Positions 1-8,805 are shown, numbered from the stretch's first letter. The stretch is 24,000 nt of DNA from Candidatus Heimdallarchaeota archaeon (GCA_019058275.1 JAHLVW010000061.1:3656-27655), one strand, 5' to 3'. Notes: generated by a model not told the origin, from the sequence alone. Translations and numbers: made by a program.

Positions 1-113
1 CAGCCATCGTTCTCAACCAATAATTAATAAATCTCAAATGTGGTTTACGTCATGTCCCAAGAAACATTTCGATAAAAACCTTTCTCTCACTATCAATTTA
101 AGAGGTAGAAGAT

Positions 114-1871
114 GTGAGTTCACTAAAAAATTCGAAAAAAATAACTACGTTTTTCTTATTTCAGATATTAATTGTAACTTTTATCTTTGTTAATTTTACA
201 AATTCCAAGAAAATAGATATTTACAATTCCTTTGATAGAGAAAGATACGAAGGGACATTTGTTTGGTCAACTGCACAGGTCATTTCGAATGAAAGTAGTT
301 TAATGTCAATTAGACCTGTAATTACTACTGATCCTTTTGATAATGTTCATATCGTTTGGCAAGATATGACAGATTTAGGGGGAATAGGAACAGATGATGA
401 TATTTTTTACAAAATTTTGAATGCAACAACACATGCTTGGTCAATTATTACTGTTCTATCGCCTTCAGGCATGGAACCATCTGTAGGGCCAGAAATTACT
501 GCAGATGGACTAGGTAATGTGCATGTAATTTGGCGTGATAAAACAGATATATTAGGCGCTGGGAGTGATACTGATATATTTTACTATCATTGGAATAAAA
601 CAACAGATTCATAGAGCTCAATAGAATTAGTTTCCAATCAAAGTACTGGTAATGTTTATTGGTCTAGTTTAGATGCAAAGGAAGGCATTGTTTATGTTGC
701 TTGGCAGGATGCCACAAATTATCTCGGAAACGGTGCTGATGAAGATGTTTTAGTTTCAAAACGAGATATTAGTGGAATATGGATTCCTGCAGAAACTGTT
801 TCCACTGAAGGAAGTACTATATCTAGTTTTCTGGATATTAAAATTGATGATTATCATAATATTCATGTTTGTTGGGATGATGCTACAAACTTTGATAACT
901 CAGGAATAGATCGAGATATATTCTATCGTTTTAAGAATGGAACAACAGATATTTGGTCTCCAATTGAAGTTATCTCAAGCAGTAGTGATTTAGCATCTGA
1001 TCGACCTGTAATAATCATTAGTTCAAATGGTGATCGATTCATCTCATGGATGGATAGCTCAAATATTCTTGGTGCAGGAATAGATTCCGATATTTTCTAT
1101 CGTAAATGGGATGCAACATCAAGAGATTGGTCAAATGTTGAACTTCTCTCTTCTAAAAGTTCTGGTGAATCAAATATTCCTTATCTAGTATTAGATTCAT
1201 TCGAAAACATCCATGCATTTTGGTTTGATACTACTGATTTTGATAATGCTGGAATTGACCAAGATATTTTCTACAGATATTGGTATAGCAGTGCAGATGT
1301 ATGGAGTGAATATACAGTAATTTCTGATGATCAAACAAATGATTCTTGACGACCAGAAGTAGATATTGATTCACAGAATATAATTCATGTTGCTTGGCAT
1401 GATCGAACTATAAATTATGGTGGTTCGGGAAGTGATGTGGATATTTTATATTCAAAAGGTCCAATTCCAAAAGCATCACCCTATCTTACAATAACAGATA
1501 GACCTTTAGATGAAGTTTTTATCTCTGGGTCTACAGGCAACTATTTGTCTTGAGCGGTTTCAGATAGAAACGTTTCATCAACAAGTTATGCAATTTATCA
1601 AGATAATATTATAAATGCAACAGGTTCTTGGATAACAGATATGCCAATCAATATTTCAATTAATAATTTAGAAGTTGGAAATTACACTTTTCTTTTTGAA
1701 GCTTCAGATGGTTGGGGAGAAGAAGTGATTGATGAAGTTTTAGTTGTTAGTCAAAAAACAAATCATTGGCTTGATAATCTGTTTAAAAGCCTATTGGGTT
1801 TAGGTATAGCTACAAGTGTAGTTCTTATTTCTGTAATAATTGTGTATATAATAAAAAGGAAGAATAGGTAA
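114..1871 (+). pseudogene. Membrane-anchored surface protein with seven ~58-aa propeller-like repeats and a C-terminal Ig-like domain. One reading frame is interrupted by TAG 612-614, TGA 1347-1349 and TGA 1551-1553.
   Basis: Track ORFs 114-614, 1050-1349 and 1641-1871 share one frame. Hand translation of 615-1049 and 1350-1640 in that frame shows no other stops. The motif H-h-x-W-x-D-x-T-x(4-5)-G-x-D-x-D-I-F-Y continues across the stops. There is an N-terminal hydrophobic signal/anchor, and a C-terminal TM helix followed by KRKNR. GTG start at 114. Confidence 0.8.
297..1460 (+). repeat. Seven tandem ~58-codon intragenic repeats, probably a 7-bladed beta-propeller
   Basis: Repeat cores: DNVHIVWQDMTDLGGIGTDDDIFY, GNVHVIWRDKTDILGAGSDTDIFY, GIVYVAWQDATNYLGNGADEDVLV, HNIHVCWDDATNFDNSGIDRDIFY, GDRFISWMDSSNILGAGIDSDIFY, ENIHAFWFDTTDFDNAGIDQDIFY, QNIIHVAWHDRTINYGGSGSDVDILY. 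Confidence 0.75.
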
Positions 1872-1924
1872 AAGTTAATTCCTATTCATTAGTCTTATGT
1901 GAACAAAAAAAAGAGGAAAATAAA

Positions 1925-1957
1925 TTGAATAAATATCTATTTTAGATATTTATTCAA
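1925..1957. terminator. Perfect 15-bp inverted repeat (ttgaataaatatcta / ttt / tagatatttattcaa) between convergent genes
   Basis: Both arms were read directly. The hairpin overlaps the stop codon and last codons of the minus-strand flavodoxin-like gene and lies 54 nt after the plus-strand stop. Any terminator function is inferred. Confidence 0.4.
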
Positions 1958-2434
1958 TGATTCACCGAATTTCTTAGCTTGTTGAAGTTCTTCTTCATTC
2001 GGATGTCCTTTATCCATTGTACCGGGACCAAAACGGAAGAAACGAAATGTACCAGGGATGGCAAGTCTTTCTTTTGCTATTTTTGCTCCTTTATCTTCGA
2101 GTGCTTTTTGCATTAATTCAAAAACCAAATCTTTGATAATACCTGCTTCTGGTCCTTGACCTAATGGAGGATTATCAGGACCTCCTGCACAAATAAACAT
2201 AACTGCATTCTTACCTTTCAATTGCTCAGGATCTAGCTTTGAAATCTTTTTCTTCCAATGGGGACTTGGATTACCTGCAAGTACCCAGGTACCAAGAACA
2301 ATTAGATCATAGTCTTTTAAATCAGGCATTTTTTTGTACTGCACTAATTCTGCACCCAAACCCTCAGCAATATTAATTGCAACTTTCTTGGTGTTTCCAC
2401 CACGTGAATTATAAATAACAATTGATTTAGTCAT
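1937..2434 (-). CDS. Flavodoxin-like protein (paralog A)
   Basis: N-terminus MTKSIVIYNSRGGNTKKVA matches the flavodoxin-like fold motif (h-h-Y-x-S-x-x-G-N-T-x-x-h-A). I prefer the internal ATG at 2434 to the track start at 2485. Stop is TAG. Confidence 0.7.
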   Translation of the reverse strand: MTKSIVIYNSRGGNTKKVAINIAEGLGAELVQYKKMPDLKDYDLIVLGTWVLAGNPSPHWKKKISKLDPEQLKGKNAVMFICAGGPDNPPLGQGPEAGIIKDLVFELMQKALEDKGAKIAKERLAIPGTFRFFRFGPGTMDKGHPNEEELQQAKKFGESLNKYLK

Positions 2435-2503
2435 AATAGACAACTCATTTGATTGTTGGTTATTTAGGTAATAAAAGGTTATCAATCTTTTAGAATGATT
2501 TAA

Positions 2504-3841
2504 TCAGGAACATATTCTCATATGTGCAATAAAAAATCCGTTAGAATCATGTATATGGGGAAATAATCTTCTAACTTTATCAGAACACTTGAAATTCTGG
2601 TAACCTTTTTCCCCTATCTTTGGACCATCTAATAATTCTATTTTATGACGTTCCATCATCGAATCAATTTGACTCTCACCTTCATGAGGAAGTATTGAAC
2701 AAGTTGCATAAAGAATCTCTGTACCAGGTTTGTCTGCGTATCTATAGATTATGCCATTTAAGATTTTGTTCTGAATGGTCATAATGGAAAAAAGCCATTT
2801 CTTATTTAATCGCCATTTATAAGAGGGATGACTTTGAAGAATACCAGTTGATGTGCATGGAGCATCTATTAGGATTTTTTCAGCTTTAATAACTGAAGTT
2901 CTCGAGGCATCAGTGTGAACCCAATCTATTTGATGATGTCCATATTTTTGAAAACGTTGTTGAGCACCTCGCAATCGTTGATAGCTAATGTCACTTGCTA
3001 CCAAACGCCCTTGACCTTTCATTAATTCCCAGATAAGATGTGTTTTCATACCTGGAGCTGCACAGGCATCCCAAATGTATTCACCAGGTTTAGGATCGAG
3101 TGTTGTTACAGCTAGAACACTTGATTTATCTTGAATAAATACATCTCCATTTTTGAAAGCATCAGTACCAACTAGCGTTTTCAAACCATCTACAACAAGA
3201 TAAAGGAAAGGAAAATATTTGTCTTGCTTCAGAATTATGTCTTTGTCTTTTAATGAAGCTAAAATAGCATCTGGGTCAGAGATTAACTGGTTAACCCTCA
3301 TATATGATGATGCAGGAGAATTATTTTTTTTCATAAGTGAAATTGTTTTTTGATAACCTAAATTTTCAGCTAGAGTTTTTATTAGAAAAGTTGGATGCGA
3401 ATAAAGAATGCTGTTCTTTCCATCTTGATTCATAGACTTTATAATGGTCTCAAGATTGATGTCAATTGCTCTTCTTAATATTTCCATGTTCTCTTTCGTT
3501 TTAACAAATGATTCTAGGTTTTGAATAGAAGTCTTATGCCATCGTCCCTCAAAAAGTGCTACTCGAAGACATTGCTTATCAATTTGCTCTTTATCCTTTA
3601 TAGATCCATCAGAGATACTTCGACTTAAGAGAAAATCTATTGTGTTCTGATATCGAACAATACCTATCGCTAATGATTGGATTGCTGCAGCTATTTCATC
3701 AGTAAAAGATTGCTTATCAAAATGATGACGTAAAACATCACGTAAAGATTGTAAAGAAGTATCATACTGAATTAAAACTTTGATAACTTCTTTACGAGAA
3801 ACTGATTTAATTTTGCTAGTTAAGTTCGTCACATCATTCAA
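2504..3841 (-). CDS. NOL1/NOP2/Sun (RsmB-like) RNA cytosine-C5 methyltransferase with an N-terminal NusB-like region
   Basis: SAM motif DACAAPGMKT, motif IV DAPCTSTG and motif VI YATCSILPHEGE with the catalytic Cys. TTG start. TGA stop at the expected family C-terminus (GFFIAHM...). Confidence 0.85.
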   Translation of the reverse strand: MNDVTNLTSKIKSVSRKEVIKVLIQYDTSLQSLRDVLRHHFDKQSFTDEIAAAIQSLAIGIVRYQNTIDFLLSRSISDGSIKDKEQIDKQCLRVALFEGRWHKTSIQNLESFVKTKENMEILRRAIDINLETIIKSMNQDGKNSILYSHPTFLIKTLAENLGYQKTISLMKKNNSPASSYMRVNQLISDPDAILASLKDKDIILKQDKYFPFLYLVVDGLKTLVGTDAFKNGDVFIQDKSSVLAVTTLDPKPGEYIWDACAAPGMKTHLIWELMKGQGRLVASDISYQRLRGAQQRFQKYGHHQIDWVHTDASRTSVIKAEKILIDAPCTSTGILQSHPSYKWRLNKKWLFSIMTIQNKILNGIIYRYADKPGTEILYATCSILPHEGESQIDSMMERHKIELLDGPKIGEKGYQNFKCSDKVRRLFPHIHDSNGFFIAHMRICS

Positions 3842-3932
3842 GCTCTATATTTGATCTGGTTTTAATTACTAATATCAAATTCATCTTAATTTCTAAAGAT
3901 GTTTTGGAAAGAAAAAAACCAAAAAATATCTA

Positions 3933-4045
3933 TTATAGATATTTCTTCAAAGATTCACCAAATTTCTTGGCTTATTGAAGTTCTTCTTCAGTAGGATGAC
4001 CTTTGTGTATTGAACCAGGACCCCAACGAATTAATTTAATAACAC
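3933..4045 (-). pseudogene. Relic of a flavodoxin-like gene: last ~37 codons only, with an internal TAA
   Basis: Reverse translation gives VIKLIRWGPGSIHKGHPTEEELQ*AKKFGESLKKYL*. This parallels paralog A (FRFGPGTMDKGHPNEEELQQAKKFGESLNKYLK*). The TAA replaces the second CAA of paralog A. No upstream coding part is present. Confidence 0.8.
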
Positions 4046-4076
4046 TATGTTCCAAATACAAAAAACATAGTTTTTT
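4044..4076. other. 8-bp stem hairpin (actatgtt / 12-nt loop / aacatagt) followed by a T5 run, at the point where flavodoxin homology ends
   Basis: Arms 4044-4051 and 4064-4071 are complementary, and ttttt follows at 4072-4076. Function is unknown; it could be a terminator-like element or a recombination junction. Confidence 0.3.
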
Positions 4077-4178
4077 GAAGAGGTTAATTCTATTAAGAAA
4101 AATGTTCTTTTTTTATTATTTTTTAATGAATTTAATTAATAGCAAATAATGAGAATCTATACTTAAAGAAGGAATTCT

Positions 4179-4430
4179 ATGTCAGTTGATTCAAAGAATG
4201 TAATTAAAGTTGATTGTCTTGGCGAAACCTGCCCAATGCCTTTAGTTGAAACTAGGAAAGCTATACGAAAAGCTTCACCTGGTGATATTATTGAGGTAAT
4301 TGGTAATCATGAGTCTTCAAAAAAAGAGATACCTATGGCTGTTGAAGCACTTGGATTAGAACTTTTAGGTATTGAAGAAAAAAAGGGCAATTGGTTAATT
4401 CGAATTAAAATTCCTGAGGAGAAGAGCTAA
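4179..4430 (+). CDS. tusA: TusA-like sulfur carrier protein
   Basis: An 83-aa protein with the CLGETCPMPLVETRKAI motif (C-P-x-P sulfurtransferase signature). Confidence 0.8.
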   Translation: MSVDSKNVIKVDCLGETCPMPLVETRKAIRKASPGDIIEVIGNHESSKKEIPMAVEALGLELLGIEEKKGNWLIRIKIPEEKS

Positions 4431-4432
4431 TC

Positions 4433-4852
4433 ATGACAGAAAAAGCTACGATAATTGTTCACAGTGGTGATTTTGATAAAATATATAGTGCACTTATAAT
4501 TGGAAATGGAGCTCTAGCAATGGGTATGGATGTCTCTTTATATTTCACTTTTTTTGGACTAGAGAGACTGAAAAAGGGTGCATTGAACAAAGGAAAACTC
4601 TCAAGGATGCATTTTCTTGGTTTAGGTAAGTGGATGATTAAACGAAAAATGAAGAAAGTTAATGTTCGCTCCTTAGAAGGCTTATTATCTGATTTTGTTG
4701 AATTGGGAGGAAAGATATTAGCATGTGATATGACCATGGAAATAATGGGTATAAAGAAAGAAGACCTAAGAGATGAAGTCATTACTGATTATTGTTCTGT
4801 AGGAACTTATGTTAAAGAAGCAAAAGAATCAGATTTAACGCTGTTTATCTAA
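4433..4852 (+). CDS. DsrE/DsrF-like family protein (sulfur relay, COG2210-like)
   Basis: N-terminal IIVHSGDFDKIYSALIIGNGALAMG and the Cys-containing ILACDMTMEIMGIKKEDL are typical of DsrE-like proteins that sit next to TusA. It starts 2 nt after the tusA stop. Confidence 0.6.
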   Translation: MTEKATIIVHSGDFDKIYSALIIGNGALAMGMDVSLYFTFFGLERLKKGALNKGKLSRMHFLGLGKWMIKRKMKKVNVRSLEGLLSDFVELGGKILACDMTMEIMGIKKEDLRDEVITDYCSVGTYVKEAKESDLTLFI

Positions 4853-4864
4853 TGAGTTGATAAA

Positions 4865-6037
4865 ATGAATAAGAAATTAATTTATATGGATAATGCTGCA
4901 AGCTCTCGACTTGATGAGAGAGTTTTGGAAGCAATGAAACCCTACTATTTTGATACTTATGCTGTTGCCACTTCTGAATTTGCTTATACTCTTGGTATTT
5001 TGTCTAGAGAAGGATTAGATGAAGCAAGAAAGAAGATTGCATTGAAACTAGGAGGAACAGAAGAAGAATTAATCTTTACATCAGGTAGCACAGAATCAAG
5101 TAATTTAGCAATAAAAGGAGTTGTGAAGGCAAAACAAAAAGAGGGAAACCATATAATCGTTTCAAAAATTGAAGATTTTCCAGTTTTGAATAGTACTAAA
5201 GCTTTGGAAAGAGAAGGATTAAAGGTTACATATTTGGATGTAGATAAAGATGGAATAATTGATCTAGAACAATTAAAAGAATCCATAGATAAAAATACAA
5301 TTCTAATCTCAATCCAGCATGCAAATCAAGAAATTGGAACAATTCAGGATATTAAAGCTATTTCAGAAATTAGTCAAGATAAAAACATTCTATTTCATAC
5401 TGATGCTACTCATGTTTTCACAAGATTACCAATTAATGTGAGAAAAATACCAGTAGATCTAGTAACTATTTCAGCGCATACTCTAAATGGTCCAAGAGGA
5501 ATTGGAGCATTATATATCAAAAAAGATACTCCAATTAAGAAACATATGGATGGAGGATTTCAAGAGAATAATATGCGAGCTGGTGTTGAAAATATTCCAG
5601 GAGCAGTTGGTTTCGCAAAAGCAGTTGAATTAGTTGTAAAAGAAGAAACTGATAAAATAAAAAATATAAGAGATAATCTAATAGATAAAATACTAAAAGA
5701 AGTACCTGATACTGACCTAAATGGTCATCGAATAAAGAGAATTCCACAAAATGCAAATATTACATTTCATTATGTAGAAGGAGAGTCAATTACTTTACAT
5801 CTTGATATGAATGGAATAGCTGTGAGTACAGGTTCTGCTTGTTTTAGTAGGTCTTTAGAAGCAAGTCATGTAATTTTAGGTATTGGAGGGGACCATGAAC
5901 AAGCACATGGTTCAGTACGATTTACTTTTGGTCGATTTAATGATATGAATGAAGTAAATACTGTTGTCAAGGTTATTTCTGATGTAGTGAAAAGATTAAG
6001 AGAAATTAGTCCTCTTTACAAGAAAAACAAGGAGTAA
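4865..6037 (+). CDS. iscS: IscS/NifS-family cysteine desulfurase homolog lacking the PLP-binding lysine
   Basis: Collinear with E. coli IscS: FTSGSTESSNLAIKG, HTDATH, GPRGIGALY, YVEGES, STGSACFS, SVRFTFGRF. The S-x-H-K lysine is Thr (codon ACT at 5480-5482). The E-H-K histidine is Asp (5174-5176). The persulfide-loop Cys is kept (5840-5842). Confidence 0.85.
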   Translation: MNKKLIYMDNAASSRLDERVLEAMKPYYFDTYAVATSEFAYTLGILSREGLDEARKKIALKLGGTEEELIFTSGSTESSNLAIKGVVKAKQKEGNHIIVSKIEDFPVLNSTKALEREGLKVTYLDVDKDGIIDLEQLKESIDKNTILISIQHANQEIGTIQDIKAISEISQDKNILFHTDATHVFTRLPINVRKIPVDLVTISAHTLNGPRGIGALYIKKDTPIKKHMDGGFQENNMRAGVENIPGAVGFAKAVELVVKEETDKIKNIRDNLIDKILKEVPDTDLNGHRIKRIPQNANITFHYVEGESITLHLDMNGIAVSTGSACFSRSLEASHVILGIGGDHEQAHGSVRFTFGRFNDMNEVNTVVKVISDVVKRLREISPLYKKNKE

Positions 6038-6690
6038 TGAAAAGAATGAGATTACCATATAGTGAAAAAGTTTTAGATCATTTCAAGAATCCAAGAAACG
6101 TTGGTGAAATTGAAGATCCTGATGGAAAAGCAGTAGAAGGGAGTCCTGCATGTGGAGATATGGTTCAACTAACACTTAAAGTGGATGAAAAAACAAGGAA
6201 AATTACAGATATCAAATTTAAAAGCTATGGTTGTGCATCAAATATAGCAACTGGGTCCATCATTACAGAAATTGCAAAAGGGAAAACAATTGATGAAGCT
6301 AAAAAGATATCATGGAAAACTGCTTCTGAGGAATTAGGTGGTTTACCAGCAGTAAAAGCTCATTGCTCTGTACTTGCAGTTTCTTCTCTTCGAGAAGCTA
6401 TTAGAAATTATGAAGAAAAACAGGGAATTGTAAAAGACCCTGAACCTACAAATGAAAAAGTAGTAAAGCGTCGTTTAAGTCATGTTATGAACCCATTAAC
6501 AGGATTAGATGTAATTCGAACAAATCTAATTACAGATATCAAAATAACAAATGGTGAGAAGAAAACCATAGAAGTGTCAGTTGATTTAACAGAAGATCAC
6601 CAATATGCTAATAATGTAAAAGAAGAAATAAAAGAAAAACTCGAATATCGACATGATGTAGAAAAGGTAATTGTTAGATTTAAAGAATAA
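6037..6690 (+). CDS. iscU: IscU/NifU-type Fe-S scaffold fused to a C-terminal DUF59 (MIP18/SufT-like) domain
   Basis: IscU motifs GSPACGDM, YGCASNIATGS and KAHCSVLA. The C-terminal ~80 aa (VMNPLTGLDVIRTNLITDIKI...IEVSVDLTEDH...) resembles DUF59. The ATG overlaps the iscS TAA by 1 nt, and AAGGAG lies upstream. Confidence 0.75.
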   Translation: MKRMRLPYSEKVLDHFKNPRNVGEIEDPDGKAVEGSPACGDMVQLTLKVDEKTRKITDIKFKSYGCASNIATGSIITEIAKGKTIDEAKKISWKTASEELGGLPAVKAHCSVLAVSSLREAIRNYEEKQGIVKDPEPTNEKVVKRRLSHVMNPLTGLDVIRTNLITDIKITNGEKKTIEVSVDLTEDHQYANNVKEEIKEKLEYRHDVEKVIVRFKE

Positions 6691-6778
6691 TTTCTTTTTT
6701 GCTTTTAATTTTCTTACAATATATTTATCATTCAGAATATTGTTAAGCGAATAGGCTGTTCTTTGTGATGAATATAAT

Positions 6779-7009
6779 ATGACTAAATATTATATAATAA
6801 TTGAAAGAAAAGAATGTATTCAATGTGGTAATTGCTATGGATTAGATCCATATCATTTTGAACCTGATGAAGAATATACATCTATAGTTGTTAATGGTGT
6901 AACAAATTCAGAAATTTCTAAGGGAGCTTTTGATGATGATAAAATCTCATTAGCAAAACAAGCAGTAGAAGAATGTCCAGTAGAAATAATTTCTGTGAAA
7001 GAGCTTTAA
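6779..7009 (+). CDS. Small single-cluster ferredoxin
   Basis: A 76-aa protein with C-x2-C-x2-C (CIQCGNC) and a distal ECP Cys, as in Pyrococcus-type 4Fe-4S/3Fe-4S ferredoxins. Confidence 0.7.
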   Translation: MTKYYIIIERKECIQCGNCYGLDPYHFEPDEEYTSIVVNGVTNSEISKGAFDDDKISLAKQAVEECPVEIISVKEL

Positions 7010-7046
7010 ACCAATTTATGTGCACTTTCTTTTTTCATGAATGAAA

Positions 7047-7542
7047 TCATTTTAGATATTTTTTCTTCAAAGATTCACCAAATTCTATGGATTTTTGTAG
7101 TTCTTCTTCAGAAGGGTGACCTTTGTGTATTGAACCAGAACCCCAGTGAATGAATTTATAAACACGAACTATCGCAGTCGTTCTTTGACGATCTTTGCCC
7201 CTTAGCTTCAAGAATCTCTTCCATTCGTGTAAAAGCTATGTCTTTTTGGAGGATTTCTGTAACTTTCTTTTTCATAGGAAGTTCAGGACCCCCAGCAGTG
7301 ATAAACAAGGCAACATTTTTACCTTTAATTGCTGCTGAATCGAGTTTCTTCATGAATTTCTTCCCAGCAGGACTAATTGTACTCATAATAAGCCATGTTC
7401 CAAAAACCATCAAATCATATTTTTTTAGATCTGGTATTTCCTTATAGCTTACTAGTTCTGCTCCTAATCCTTCTGCAATTTTAGTTGCTACTTTTTTTGT
7501 ATTTCCGCTTCGAGTATTATAGATAACAATTGCTTTTCCCAT
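7047..7542 (-). pseudogene. Flavodoxin-like protein (paralog C) with two 1-nt frameshifts near its 3' end
   Basis: N-terminus MGKAIVIYNTRSGNTKKVA. After ...EILEAKG the annotated frame runs into unrelated residues and stops at 7156. The homologous C-terminus (AKIVKERL, then AIVRVYKFIHWGSGSIHKGHPSEEELQKSIEFGESLKKKYLK*) lies in the other two frames down to TGA 7047-7049. One G appears to be missing on the coding strand near 7197-7201 and another near 7175. Confidence 0.75.
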
Positions 7543-7674
7543 AACAAACACCGATAATGAAAATATAATAATATGTAAAAAAGTTGAAATCAAAAGAACT
7601 ATTCTTTAAAACATTTTAAATTATAGTGCAAAAAATTTAAGTTATAATTGTGAAAAGGAGCTATATGGGGAAAT

Positions 7675-8805
7675 GTGTGTAGAAGCATGTCTGAGGAAGC
7701 TGGTAGATCTCTTAAACCAATTATATTTACAGTAAGTATTATAGTTATATTAGTTGGCGCAGGATTTACTTATTTTATGACTCCTCTAAATAACGAGGAA
7801 ATCAAAATAAAAAGCAGCAGTTTCTTGGATAATGATAACAATTACTTTGCAGATACAATTCTGCTAACAATAGAGAATCAAGGCTTTCTCAAAGCAACAA
7901 TTAATGAACTTTCTCTTTACCGAAATAACCAGCAATTAGATTGGAATGATAATTCTTCAACTGAGATTTTACCAGATGAACTATTAGTTATTATATGTGA
8001 AGCTAGTAATGAATCTGAAGAATTACAATAACAAGATTATATAGAAGTTAATATTCAATATAATAGGAAAAATATTTCACTTAGTGTTAGAATAAGTCCT
8101 GAATTTAGCAATTTACCAATAGTATTTGGTGAGAATTTTGAAAATACTACATATTCATATAATAATTGGATTCCTTTCTTGTTTCGTAATCTAAGTGGGT
8201 CACCAATTCATGGAGGAGAAGCAGGTATATATTCTTGGAAAAACAAAAGAGATAGGATTGAACGCGATAGATGTTTTAGATGTACAACAAACAATTGCCA
8301 ATTTATTTTTTTGAATGAAAGTCAATTCAATGATACAAATGTTAATATTTCAGTTGATATTCTGAACTATGATGATGATGGTGCAGGAGTAATTTTCAGA
8401 TATGATACTTCAAGTAATTATCCTCGATTTTACATAGTATGGTATACAGAAGATCATCCTTATCACACATCTGATTCTACCAATGCTGAAGCTCATCTTT
8501 TTAATTGGACAACTGCAGATGATAAAATCAATTTATACCATATAACTTTGCACTATGTTGAAGGTTATGATGTAGGGAATGGTAATATTGGATTTCTTTG
8601 GACGAAATTAAATAGCACTTCTTACTTTATTGATAGTTTTTGGTATAACTGGAGAATAGAACTTGAAAATAAGAAAACTAGAATTTACATAAATAATGCT
8701 AAAATTTTAACGTATAATGACACAATACTAATGACTGGTTCTATAGGTTTAGCTTCATTTGCAAATTATAATAGTAATTTTGACAATATCTATCTGTGGA
8801 ATTAA
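7675..8805 (+). pseudogene. N-terminally anchored secreted protein (beta-sandwich plus ConA-like/LamG-DUF1080-like domain) interrupted by TAA 8029-8031
   Basis: ORFs 7675-8031 and 8179-8805 are in the same frame, and hand translation of 8032-8178 shows no stop. The local context is caa-taa-caa. The C-terminal domain has the GAGVIFRY...FYIVWY...GSIGLASF...NIYLW pattern of concanavalin-like lectin folds. The likely true start is ATG 7687. Confidence 0.7.

Noticed and set aside
612-1553. Selenocysteine (TGA) or pyrrolysine (TAG) decoding of the in-frame stops in the repeat protein.
   Set aside because: Two of the three positions align with conserved Trp, not Cys or Lys-type positions. The protein is an extracellular repeat protein, not a redox enzyme or methyltransferase. 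I saw no obvious structured element that I could defend as a SECIS or PYLIS.
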